From assembly GCA_947305775.1 (NCBI GenBank), contig CAMZEN010000006.1, positions 6,080 to 70,079 of the forward strand: a DNA stretch of 64,000 nt. Reading direction: 5' to 3'. A program made the position numbers and the translations under genes. This stretch comes from an uncultured Verrucomicrobiota bacterium (GTDB lineage: Bacteria > Verrucomicrobiota > Kiritimatiellia > RFP12 > UBA1067). Under the pieces are notes generated by a model, which made no database searches, was not told the origin of the DNA, and was given only the letters and a program-made list of their open reading frames with translations. Shown here piece by piece: positions 1 to 8,168 of this stretch (the stretch's first letter is position 1; each line of letters starts with the position of its first letter).

Positions 1-213
1 CTCGATGAGCGCTTTCGCGGCGGCCATGAGGCCCGAGTACGCGGGGACGATCACCTCCTTCTTCGAGCCGGCCGGCAGGTAGCCGTTCGCGGCGGCGAAG
101 TCGTAGAGTTCGTTGGAGCGGTAGTCCTTGAGGACCACCGCGGCGCGCTGGCCGTAGTCCCCGGTCTTGGGGTTCTTGAACTTGACGGCCTTGCATAGCA
201 GTTCTGTTGCCAT
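1..213 (-). CDS. hypothetical protein, N-terminal part only (gene runs off the left edge)
   Basis: Own reverse translation: ATG at 213-211, then MATELLCKAVKFKNPKTGDYGQRAAVVLKDYRSNELYDFAAANGYLPAGSKKEVIVPAYSG..., open to position 1. AAAGGAA-type RBS lies upstream. No family recognised. Confidence 0.4.
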   Translation of the reverse strand, partial: MATELLCKAVKFKNPKTGDYGQRAAVVLKDYRSNELYDFAAANGYLPAGSKKEVIVPAYSGLMAAAKALIE

Positions 214-257
214 TTTGTTTGTTCCTTTCTTTTGTTTGTGTTGTTGTCTGTCGTTCC

Positions 258-296
258 GAAACGAGGCTGTTTCCACCATGAAAACAGCCTCGTTTC
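258..296. other. perfect 15-bp stem hairpin (GAAACGAGGCTGTTT / AAACAGCCTCGTTTC, 9-nt loop) between two minus-strand ORFs
   Basis: Read directly from the sequence. No U-tract follows on either strand, so it is not a canonical intrinsic terminator. Confidence 0.6.
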
Positions 297-316
297 AGGT
301 CGTAAATGGCCTCGTT

Positions 317-538
317 TTATGCCACCTCGACGATGGGCTTGGCCTCGAAGTTCCAGCTGGGCTTGCGGAAGAGCAGCCCCGCCTCGGTCTTTACGCCCGA
401 GCGGTACTCGGCTTCGTTCTCCTCGAAGTCGGGGGCGAGCGTCTTTGCGAGCGCGGCCTTCTGGGTCTTGAGCTTCTCGATTGCGAGAATCGTGCGCACA
501 AGCTCCGTGCGCTTCTCCTTGATCTCTGTCTTGTTCAT
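317..538 (-). CDS. small hypothetical protein (73 aa), coiled-coil-like N-terminus
   Basis: ORF track MNKTEIKEKRTELVRTILAIEKLKTQKAALAK.... Same strand as the flanking partial ORF. No family recognised. Confidence 0.4.
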   Translation of the reverse strand: MNKTEIKEKRTELVRTILAIEKLKTQKAALAKTLAPDFEENEAEYRSGVKTEAGLLFRKPSWNFEAKPIVEVA

Positions 539-639
539 TGGATTTTTTCCTTTCTTTGTGGTTTAATGAAAAGGGCGATGGGGGCACACATCGAATCGCT
601 TAAATCATTGCGTCCGGGTGCCAGCCGCATCGCCTGCAC

Positions 640-659
640 ATCTATACTACTCGTTTGAG
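640..659. repeat. IR-L: ATCTATACTACTCGTTTGAG, exact inverted partner at 4848-4867
   Basis: 20/20 reverse-complement match checked base by base. Confidence 0.95.
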
Positions 660-682
660 GAGGCCCAGAAAGAAAAAATATT

Positions 683-691
683 TGCTATAAT
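683..691 (+). promoter_or_regulatory. extended -10 element TGCTATAAT upstream of the four-helix-bundle gene
   Basis: TGnTATAAT ends 9 nt before the ATG at 701. This would give a leaderless or very short-leader mRNA. No good -35 element seen. Confidence 0.3.
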
Positions 692-700
692 GTTTATACA

Positions 701-1399
701 ATGATGAAAGATGATTCTTCAGCTTTTTCTAGCTGTTCTAGGAAGCCTGGCGGCTCTAGCCAGCCGCCGAAGATACTAAGGCCTCAAACCAACTGGGAGA
801 ATCTTTATTTCTACCAGAAGGCTGTGGTCTTGTATCAGATGACATACGTCTTTTGCCGACGCTTCCTGCCGGCGCATGGCGACCGCACTGTGGATCAGAT
901 GGTTCAAGCCGCTCGCAGCGGGAAGCAGAATATCGTCGAGGGTTTCGCGGATGGCGTAACTTCAACCGAGATGGAGTTAAAGCTGCTCAATGTCGCGCGT
1001 GCGAGTCTCAAGGAACTAAAGGAGGACTACGTCGACTACTTGCGTTCACGGGGTCTCGCGCTTTGGGACGCAAAGCATCCGCGCTATGATGGACTCTTGA
1101 AGTTCTGCCGCGCTCACAACAAACTTGCCGACTATGAACCGTTTTTCGAGAAGTGGACCGACGAAGAGCTTGCAAACTGCGCGAACACGCTTTGCCACAT
1201 GGTCGACAAGATGATGGCGACTCATCTCAAGAACAAAGAGTCTGATTTCACCGAAAACGGCGGAATCCGCGAGCGCATGACAGCTGCGCGACTTGGCCGC
1301 CGCCAGACGCAGAACGAGGAGATTGCTGCGCTGAAGGCGGAGAACGCGAGCCTAAGGCGCGAAATCGCCGCATTGAAGGCGAGGATGGCTGGTGGGTGA
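701..1399 (+). CDS. four-helix-bundle protein (23S rRNA intervening-sequence / Avd-like family) with C-terminal suffix domain
   Basis: ENLYFYQKAVVLYQMTYVFCRRFLP...QMVQAARSGKQNIVEGFADG...LLNVARASLKELKEDYVDYL matches the TIGR02436/PF05635 pattern from memory. The stop codon overlaps the start of the next gene. Confidence 0.7.
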   Translation: MMKDDSSAFSSCSRKPGGSSQPPKILRPQTNWENLYFYQKAVVLYQMTYVFCRRFLPAHGDRTVDQMVQAARSGKQNIVEGFADGVTSTEMELKLLNVARASLKELKEDYVDYLRSRGLALWDAKHPRYDGLLKFCRAHNKLADYEPFFEKWTDEELANCANTLCHMVDKMMATHLKNKESDFTENGGIRERMTAARLGRRQTQNEEIAALKAENASLRREIAALKARMAGG

Positions 1400-4037
1400 T
1401 TTGCTGACCACGTTGCGTGTTGGCGGGCAGAACCGTCAGATACGGCTTGTGGAGCGGACGCTGGCGAATGGCGGACGCTCCTTCACGATGCGCCAGGCGC
1501 TTCGTCTCGCTGGCGGACTCATTCTCGGCGAGGGCGATACCGGCAAGTCTACCTATGCCAGAATGCTTGCCGAACTTGCAAAGGAGAATGGCCCAGTCGA
1601 ACTCGTTCCGCTTCGCCGCCGTTCGGCGACCGCAAGCCCGCCGCCTGTTCGCGATGGCGAGATCGCGACGGTAATCTTCGATGGACTTGACGAATACCCT
1701 GAGGCCGTCCGCGATATCGTAGACTTTGCGGAATCGCTCGACCCTGACCGCTTTCACGTCTGGGTGACAAGCCGCGCATGCGATGCGGCCTCTCGCCTTG
1801 CTGAGAGCATCCGATTCGAGCAGATATATCGTCTATCCGAAATGACACGCGAGGACATTCTCGACATCGCCGATGCGGCGGGGCTGGATGGCTACGACTT
1901 CCTTGAGGCCGTCGAACGCCTTGGTGCCGGCGGATTCCTCGACAAGCCAGGCGGGGCGATCCTTCTTCTGCAGCTCTTCGCGAACGGCAGATTGGACGGC
2001 TCCCACGCAACGGATGTCATGGAGACGACGGCGCTTGCGTTTGCTGCGGAGACACGCGACGGTCACACGTTGTCCGCGCAGTCGCTTGCGATTCCGCCGG
2101 AACGTCTTGTGGACGCGGCGAGCTGGATTGCGGCGGCATTGCAAATCGGAGAGTGGGACGCCATTTGGCTCGGAGCCAAGACGGAGTGTCCAAAAGAGGA
2201 TCTCGCCTTCGATGATCTGCCGCTCTGCGACTTCACGCGCGAAGAGCTTGCGGAGGCGCTTGGACGGCGACTTTTCGAGCCGCTTACGCCCGAAAGGCTG
2301 AGGCTTTCCTATTCGCAGATGCCGGAGTATCTCGCGGGACGCTGGATAGCAAGGCGCGTGCCCAAGGAAAAGGTCGCAGCCTTCGACATATATTCTATAG
2401 CGGCAGCGGCCGCCATAAAGCCTGATGTGGGGCTTGATTTTATTGGACGCCATCCGGAGGCGTTCCTTGGCTGCCATGAGCTTATACGCAAATTCGGCTT
2501 CAAACCGATGCTGGACGCAATATTGAGTCGCCACGACGAAAGCGGCAGATATGGCTACAGCAATTTCAATGGACTGTCCGGCATGGATGATTTTGCGGAA
2601 TGCCTTTTGGGCATCGTAGAGAGCCGCAAATTCAGTGCAGAGCATTTTGATGTGCTTTCGCGCATGCTGAGCGGGTGCCGTCCAAAAGACATCGAAAGGT
2701 CCGTTTCCGCGATAGTCGACGCTTTGTTGCGCAACAGGAAGATCACGGCTCTGGCTCTTGATTTCGTTTGCGAGAGCCTAGTCGAAATCTGCGGCACGGA
2801 GCGGCCCAAGGCCATTGATAGGCTAAGGCCGCTCTATGATAGATACGGCAGGCTTTGCGAGGAAGATCGTCCCAATGCCTGCTATGCGCTCATGAAGCTT
2901 TTTGACTATCCGGGCTGGCTTGTCGCCAAGAAGCGCGGTTTGGTGTGGGAACCGCCTTTGCGCGAAATGCATCCGCGCAATGACGGTGAAGAGATTGCCG
3001 ATGTGCCGACCGAGAGTGAAGTGGAGAGGTCCCTCGCGGGCGAGCCTTCCGTCCAACATCTCGAATGGCTCATAAATGTCGAGGCTCTGCGCGGGTTGAG
3101 GTATGGTGCCCTGCTGCGCCATTTCGATGCGGTCTTTTCGCTTTCCTCGGAGGAGCTTCTTGATTCGCCGCAGATGTTCGGTTGCGCCGTAGCCTATGAT
3201 CCCGCCCGCGGGCTGCGGCTCATCGTATCGCTCATGCCGGAGCGTTGGTCCGTCAATCTGCAATGGACAGCCGATGATGATGAGCGCGAAGAGATAATAG
3301 ACAAGTGCGAAACATTAAGCCGCGTGCTCGAGATTGCATACGGCATAAGAAGCTTTTCGCCGGATTCGCTGAACCTTGCCGAATGCAAGAGACTTTACGG
3401 TCTGCTGCGCGATTTCGGGCGCAGCCCATTGAAGAACTTCACGGGCGATGTGCACGACCGCATTGATCAACTGGACGATACGGAGGAAGGTGATGGTGCC
3501 GTCAGCGACCTTGACCGGTTGCGCGAACTCTCTGACGCGTGCCGCATAAAGGTCGAGCCGGTCGCCGCGAAGATCGTCGCCGTGGAGGACGCGGCGCGTG
3601 AAGAAATTGCCGCAGAAGTCGCGAAGGCCGTGAAGAACAAGGGCGGGAGGCCACGGAAGTCCGAACGCGCTGCGGACGCCATGACGCAGAAGGAAGTCGC
3701 TATCATGTTCAACGCCGCCTGTGGCGGCGAGGTTTGCAACGAGAGCATGGTCTCCAACTGGGAGTCCTTTACGCGCACTGAAGGACGCCGTGGCGCGACC
3801 CCGCCCGAGGGGATGTACGGCGGCAGGGCGGTTGTATACACCGCCGATTTGCGCAAGCACCCGACGCCAGAGAACAAGGCGATTCTTGCCGCAATAATAG
3901 AGCGCTTCAGATCGACCCGTGCCGTCAAGGACGGAATAAAGAGCGCACAAACGACGCATTACAAGAGCGAAGAGTCGCTTCACAGGATGCGTGGCGGGAT
4001 GCAGGCGGAACTCGCAAAGCGCCGCGAAAACCTGTAG
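1392..4037 (+). CDS. NACHT-type STAND P-loop NTPase with a long helical C-terminal region and an HTH-like tail
   Basis: Walker A LILGEGDTGKST, Walker B VIFDGLDEY (the NACHT DGLDE signature) and a downstream HVWVTSRA (TSR motif). GTG start overlaps the upstream stop; an alternative ATG is at 1488. Confidence 0.7.
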   Translation: MGDLLTTLRVGGQNRQIRLVERTLANGGRSFTMRQALRLAGGLILGEGDTGKSTYARMLAELAKENGPVELVPLRRRSATASPPPVRDGEIATVIFDGLDEYPEAVRDIVDFAESLDPDRFHVWVTSRACDAASRLAESIRFEQIYRLSEMTREDILDIADAAGLDGYDFLEAVERLGAGGFLDKPGGAILLLQLFANGRLDGSHATDVMETTALAFAAETRDGHTLSAQSLAIPPERLVDAASWIAAALQIGEWDAIWLGAKTECPKEDLAFDDLPLCDFTREELAEALGRRLFEPLTPERLRLSYSQMPEYLAGRWIARRVPKEKVAAFDIYSIAAAAAIKPDVGLDFIGRHPEAFLGCHELIRKFGFKPMLDAILSRHDESGRYGYSNFNGLSGMDDFAECLLGIVESRKFSAEHFDVLSRMLSGCRPKDIERSVSAIVDALLRNRKITALALDFVCESLVEICGTERPKAIDRLRPLYDRYGRLCEEDRPNACYALMKLFDYPGWLVAKKRGLVWEPPLREMHPRNDGEEIADVPTESEVERSLAGEPSVQHLEWLINVEALRGLRYGALLRHFDAVFSLSSEELLDSPQMFGCAVAYDPARGLRLIVSLMPERWSVNLQWTADDDEREEIIDKCETLSRVLEIAYGIRSFSPDSLNLAECKRLYGLLRDFGRSPLKNFTGDVHDRIDQLDDTEEGDGAVSDLDRLRELSDACRIKVEPVAAKIVAVEDAAREEIAAEVAKAVKNKGGRPRKSERAADAMTQKEVAIMFNAACGGEVCNESMVSNWESFTRTEGRRGATPPEGMYGGRAVVYTADLRKHPTPENKAILAAIIERFRSTRAVKDGIKSAQTTHYKSEESLHRMRGGMQAELAKRRENL

Positions 4038-4078
4038 AAACCCGCAAGCGCAAAAATAATTTAAGAAAAAGTTGATTG

Positions 4079-4106
4079 CCGATTCTCGTTTGGGAATCGG
4101 TTTTTT
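4079..4106 (+). terminator. rho-independent terminator 1 after the NACHT gene
   Basis: CCGATTC / GAATCGG stem followed by TTTTTT. Confidence 0.6.
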
Positions 4107-4118
4107 GTTGCCTTATCG

Positions 4119-4148
4119 AAAACCTGCAGGTTGCCCTGCAGGTTTTTT
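4119..4148 (+). terminator. rho-independent terminator 2 after the NACHT gene
   Basis: 12-bp stem AAAACCTGCAGG / CCTGCAGGTTTT, 4-nt loop, T-run. Confidence 0.65.
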
Positions 4149-4242
4149 GCGGCTTTGAAACCTGTAGAAATCGCTTCCAGACCGAGCTTGTGTTGTCCGA
4201 ACCGGGAATTCACCCGGCGGCAAAACAAAGGAAACACAAGCA

Positions 4243-4824
4243 ATGAACAAGAAAACAAAGGTCACGACAAGGCGAATCAGCGAAACGTATTCCGAGGAGT
4301 CCACGATCGGAAGCGTCAACCTCAATGCAATAGCGGCACAGCTGCCGCCGAAACTTGAGGGGCAATGGATAGTAACGGTGGTGAGAAGCTTCGGCAGGTT
4401 TCGCGGAATAACCTGTGACGAGGCGCTGAGGGACATGTTCCACGAGGCGATAGGCGCCGCAATAAAAGCCGGAATGGATGCAGAACGGAAAGGCGGGAAT
4501 GTCGAGGCGTATGTCAAACGCGCGGTAAAAAGTCGTCTCGCCGATCTCCAACGCCGTGAGGACTACCGCGATATGCGGCTGGTGAACGACGACACGAAAA
4601 TCATGGCGAGGGGTGCGAGGAGCGACTTCAAGGCGGCGCTTATGATGATTTCGCCGAGGGCGAGGCAAATCTGGCGCGCCTGGAAGAGAGCCGATGGCTT
4701 GATGGCGTGCTTCGCCGCCGAGCTTGGCACGACAAAATATCTGGCGGAAACGAAATTTCTGCCGATTCTTACGGGAGAAATGCGCGAGGCGCTCGCTTAT
4801 GTAAAATTCATTCGCCGCGGGTAA
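4243..4824 (+). CDS. hypothetical protein, weakly sigma-70/ECF-like
   Basis: A region-2-like stretch (EALRDMFHEAIGAAIKAG...AYVKRAVKSRLADLQRRE) and a region-4-like stretch (ISPRARQIWRAWKRADG...). Pattern resemblance only. Confidence 0.35.
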   Translation: MNKKTKVTTRRISETYSEESTIGSVNLNAIAAQLPPKLEGQWIVTVVRSFGRFRGITCDEALRDMFHEAIGAAIKAGMDAERKGGNVEAYVKRAVKSRLADLQRREDYRDMRLVNDDTKIMARGARSDFKAALMMISPRARQIWRAWKRADGLMACFAAELGTTKYLAETKFLPILTGEMREALAYVKFIRRG

Positions 4825-4847
4825 AATATTTTCGCTTTTCGGGGGTT

Positions 4848-4867
4848 CTCAAACGAGTAGTATAGAT
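4848..4867. repeat. IR-R: CTCAAACGAGTAGTATAGAT, exact reverse complement of 640-659
   Basis: 20/20 match checked base by base. Confidence 0.95.
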
Positions 4868-4869
4868 AG

Positions 4870-4905
4870 CTAGAAGTTCTAGAACATCTAGAATCGCTAG
4901 ATACC
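4870..4905. promoter_or_regulatory. four CTAGA boxes at exact 9-bp phasing (starts 4870, 4879, 4888, 4897)
   Basis: gCTAGAagt tCTAGAaca tCTAGAatc gCTAGAtac. The first two boxes form the palindrome CTAGAA-G-TTCTAG. Confidence 0.8.
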
Positions 4906-4921
4906 AAGTAACCCAACCCAA

Positions 4922-4945
4922 GGGAGCCCCTTTAAGGGGGCTCCC
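4922..4945 (+). other. 9-bp stem hairpin (GGGAGCCCC / GGGGCTCCC) just upstream of the primase RBS
   Basis: Read directly. AGGAGA RBS at 4951-4956 and ATG at 4964. Confidence 0.6.
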
Positions 4946-4963
4946 ATTACAGGAGACAAAACA

Positions 4964-6304
4964 ATGTTAGATACAAATGCTTTTATTGATCTAGATATCG
5001 CCCGCGCGCTGGTGGCGCGGGGGTGGAGCGTGGTGCCGACGGAGAGCGACGAAGAGAAGCGTCCGAAGGCGCATTTCGCGACAGCCAAGAGCTGGCGAGA
5101 GTTCAGCGAAAGGCTGCCGACCGACTCCGAGCTTGTGGAATGGTTCGGCCCCAAGCCGAGGCGCGGCGGGGTCGTGCTTCACAAGGGACAGCTATGCGTT
5201 GACCGCGATACGAAGGATACTCTGCCCGACGGCTCCGCACCGTGGGAAGAGACTACTAAGGGCAGTCACGAGTTCTTCCGCTGCGACCCTGAGGCGAAGA
5301 TCGCCCATGACCACGAGGCGAAGATAGACTATCTTACCTGCGGCTCGTTCGTGAGGCTCTGCAACCCGCGCTGTTTGATAGATTGGGCGGGGGAATTGCC
5401 GGAGTGGAAAGATAGTTCGAGTGGGAGTTCGAGTTCGAGAAAGGATGATAATTCCGCTCTACAACTACAACTTCCAACTTCAACTCTTCTCGAAACCCTC
5501 AAAGCCGCCGGCTGGCGGGTCGGCGCCCGCGCCTCAAACGGATGGTTCTCGCTCACCAACGGCACGAAGACCGCCGCGATAAGCGCCGACGGCTCGACGC
5601 TCAAGATGTTCTCGACGACCATGCAGGAGCCACCGACCACGCCCGCTCCGCAGATCGTGAGCGCGGCGGAACTTGCCGAAGAAAATCCTTCGCTCGCCGA
5701 ACCTTTGTTGAACTTCTGCCGTCGCGGCAGTTTTGCGCTTGTGAGCGGCGACCCGAAGGCGGGCAAGACCACACTCGCGCTGAAGATTTGCGCAAAGAAG
5801 GCGGCTGAGGGGCGCACCTGCCTCTACGCCGACTTCGAGAATGGTCCCGCGCTGTTCTGGCATCGGCTCAGCAAGCTTGGCGACGCATCGGCGCTCGCGA
5901 ACCTCCACTATCTCGACTGCCGCTATTCGCCGACCATCGACTATATCGCGTCCGCGATGCGCGAGATAGGCAAGGTCGATTTGCTGGTGATCGATTGCTG
6001 GGGGCTTCTCATCGCGGGCGACGGAGTAGAGGACGAATCGAGCAACGCTCTCGTCTCGGCCTACTTCCTGAAGGTGAGGCGGACGCTCGCCGAGTTCGAC
6101 GCGGCGACGGTGATACTTCACCACACGCCGAAGTCGGGGGCAAACGAAAAGCTATGCTTCGCGGGGGCGGGGGCGAGTTCCCTCCAGCGCTACGTGCAGA
6201 CGATAGCGCGAATCGGACAGGACAAGGCAGGTGCCTACTGGTTCAACGCCATCTGCCGCGAATTCGACGACCCCTTCAAACCCGTCCTGCTGCGTAGAGG
6301 TTAG
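4964..6304 (+). CDS. bifunctional Prim-Pol N-terminal domain fused to a RepA/AAA_25-like P-loop helicase domain
   Basis: N-terminal ARGWSVVPT...LCVDRDTKD...TKGSHEFFRC (Prim-Pol-like acidic and His motifs). C-terminal Walker A VSGDPKAGKTTLAL and Walker B LLVIDCWG. Confidence 0.65.
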   Translation: MLDTNAFIDLDIARALVARGWSVVPTESDEEKRPKAHFATAKSWREFSERLPTDSELVEWFGPKPRRGGVVLHKGQLCVDRDTKDTLPDGSAPWEETTKGSHEFFRCDPEAKIAHDHEAKIDYLTCGSFVRLCNPRCLIDWAGELPEWKDSSSGSSSSRKDDNSALQLQLPTSTLLETLKAAGWRVGARASNGWFSLTNGTKTAAISADGSTLKMFSTTMQEPPTTPAPQIVSAAELAEENPSLAEPLLNFCRRGSFALVSGDPKAGKTTLALKICAKKAAEGRTCLYADFENGPALFWHRLSKLGDASALANLHYLDCRYSPTIDYIASAMREIGKVDLLVIDCWGLLIAGDGVEDESSNALVSAYFLKVRRTLAEFDAATVILHHTPKSGANEKLCFAGAGASSLQRYVQTIARIGQDKAGAYWFNAICREFDDPFKPVLLRRG

Positions 6305-6306
6305 GG

Positions 6307-7809
6307 ATGATGCCGGTGAACGCCATAAAGCCCTCCGTCCATTCGGCACGGCGGGGAGAGAATTTGATAAAATGTATGAACATGTCTGTTATTCTGGAGC
6401 CTGAGCGCCGCACGGCAAAAGCAAAGATCTTTCTTGCGCTGGTGTACGCCGCCCTTTCACTGGGCGCGGCGACAATGGTGTATCCGTTTGCCGTGATGAT
6501 CTCAGCAAGCGGATCTTCCAGCTACGACTACCAGCGCCATAGTCCCGCGTTGCTTGCGGCATTCGACCGCAGCGACAGGTTCATGCGCGGGATGGCAACG
6601 TATTTCAAGGCGTTTCCTCGCGAGCTTTACCCGGACGCGCCATCGGACTGGACCGGGTGGGACGCGGTCGCGCGCGATCGCCAAGGCGTCGTGGCCTTCG
6701 CCAAGAGCCAGCTTGAGGCGAATGATCCGGCGAAGATGTCCGCCTCCGAACTGGACGAGGCGCGAGGCTATCTGGACAGCGTCGCCGCGGCAGATCCCCT
6801 TTCGACCTGCTGTTCGTACGATCCCCGCGATGTGGCGCACTTCCTCAAGGATAAGTATGGCAACATCGATCGGCTGAACGAGGCGTGGGGGCTTGTGCAC
6901 AAGTCGTTTTTCGACGTGAGCTTTCTCGCGGAGTCGCGCGTGCCAGCCGGACGCTCGCTCGCAGGGCCGAAGTTCGCCGACTGGCTGGAGCTTAAGCGGA
7001 GCTACATCGTCCGCGCAAAAGAGCGCGGCGATTTCTTCGCGCGCACCTACCCTGTACCAAGCGCCGAGAACGCCGCGATCCTCCGCAGACAGATCGCGCT
7101 TCAGTTCCATGAACACGGGTGGAGGGACTTCCTCGATGGCGTCTTGGCGAACTACAGGCTTGTCGGCGAGTATCTGTTCATCAGGGGGCGCGCATTCTGG
7201 AATACGATACTTCTGGTGCTACTGTCGATTCTGGCGTCGCTGACCGTGAACCCGCTCGCCGCGTACGCGCTCTCGCGCTTCAAGCTCAAGGCTACGGAAA
7301 AAGTAATCCTGTTCATGCTTGCGACCACCGCCTTCCCGGCCGCAGTGACCGCGATACCCGGCTTCCTGCTGATACGCAGCCTCGGGCTGCTGAACACATT
7401 CGCCGCACTTGTGCTGCCGGGCGTGGCGAGCGGAATGTCGATATTCGTCCTTAAGGGATTCTTCGACGCGCTTCCCCGCGAACTCTACGAGGCCGCGGCG
7501 ATTGACGGCGCGAGCGAGTGGACGGTCTTCCGCAAGATAACGCTTCCAATGACGACGCCCATCCTGGCGGTCAACGCGCTCAACTCGTTCATGCACGCCT
7601 ACTCTTCGTGGGAATGGGCTTTTCTCGTGTGCCAGAAGGAGTCGCATTGGACGCTCGCGGTATGGATGTACCAGATGTCGCAGACGTTCGCGCACCAACC
7701 CTGGTGCGTGATGGCGGGCTTTGTGCTGGTGTCGGTTCCGACGGCCGCGGCGTTTCTGCTGTGCCAGCGCGTCATTCTGCGCGGCATAGTGCTGCCGTCG
7801 ATGAAGTAA
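6307..7809 (+). CDS. carbohydrate-type (CUT1/MalG-like) ABC transporter permease with a long extracytoplasmic insert
   Basis: EAA loop FFDALPRELYEAAAIDGASEWTVFRKITLPM and multiple TM helices. Alternative starts at 6376 and 6382. Confidence 0.85.
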   Translation: MMPVNAIKPSVHSARRGENLIKCMNMSVILEPERRTAKAKIFLALVYAALSLGAATMVYPFAVMISASGSSSYDYQRHSPALLAAFDRSDRFMRGMATYFKAFPRELYPDAPSDWTGWDAVARDRQGVVAFAKSQLEANDPAKMSASELDEARGYLDSVAAADPLSTCCSYDPRDVAHFLKDKYGNIDRLNEAWGLVHKSFFDVSFLAESRVPAGRSLAGPKFADWLELKRSYIVRAKERGDFFARTYPVPSAENAAILRRQIALQFHEHGWRDFLDGVLANYRLVGEYLFIRGRAFWNTILLVLLSILASLTVNPLAAYALSRFKLKATEKVILFMLATTAFPAAVTAIPGFLLIRSLGLLNTFAALVLPGVASGMSIFVLKGFFDALPRELYEAAAIDGASEWTVFRKITLPMTTPILAVNALNSFMHAYSSWEWAFLVCQKESHWTLAVWMYQMSQTFAHQPWCVMAGFVLVSVPTAAAFLLCQRVILRGIVLPSMK

Positions 7810-7841
7810 GGCCGAAGGGCCATGCCCTTCGGCCACGCGAC

Positions 7842-8168
7842 TCAGAAGTGCTTCACCTTTGGCGTAAAGCCGCACGCCTCTTCGGGCGACATCTGGGCGA
7901 ACGCCATTACGATAAGCCTGTCGCCGACCTTGCCCTGATGGGCGGCGGCGCCGTTCAGGCAGCATACGTGGCTGCCGCGGCGACCCTCTATGGCGTACGT
8001 CTCGAAGCGGTTGCCGTTCTCGACGTCGGCGCACAGTATCTTCTCGTAGGGGACAATGCCAACGGCCTCCATGTCGTCGGGATCGAGCGAAAGCGAGCCT
8101 TCGTAATCAAGGCACGCCTCCGTCACGCGAATCCTGTGGAGCTTTGCCTTAAGCAGCGTAAGAGTCAT
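7842..8168 (-). CDS. panD: aspartate 1-decarboxylase
   Basis: [29 protein letters not shown]... with the self-processing GS site. ATGA overlap with the clpX stop. Confidence 0.9.
   Translation of the reverse strand: MTLTLLKAKLHRIRVTEACLDYEGSLSLDPDDMEAVGIVPYEKILCADVENGNRFETYAIEGRRGSHVCCLNGAAAHQGKVGDRLIVMAFAQMSPEEACGFTPKVKHF

Noticed and set aside
640-4867. Target-site duplication flanking the 20-bp inverted repeats
   Set aside because: The bases immediately outside the repeats (..CTGCAC | and | AGCTAG..) do not form a direct repeat. The transposon interpretation stays unproven.
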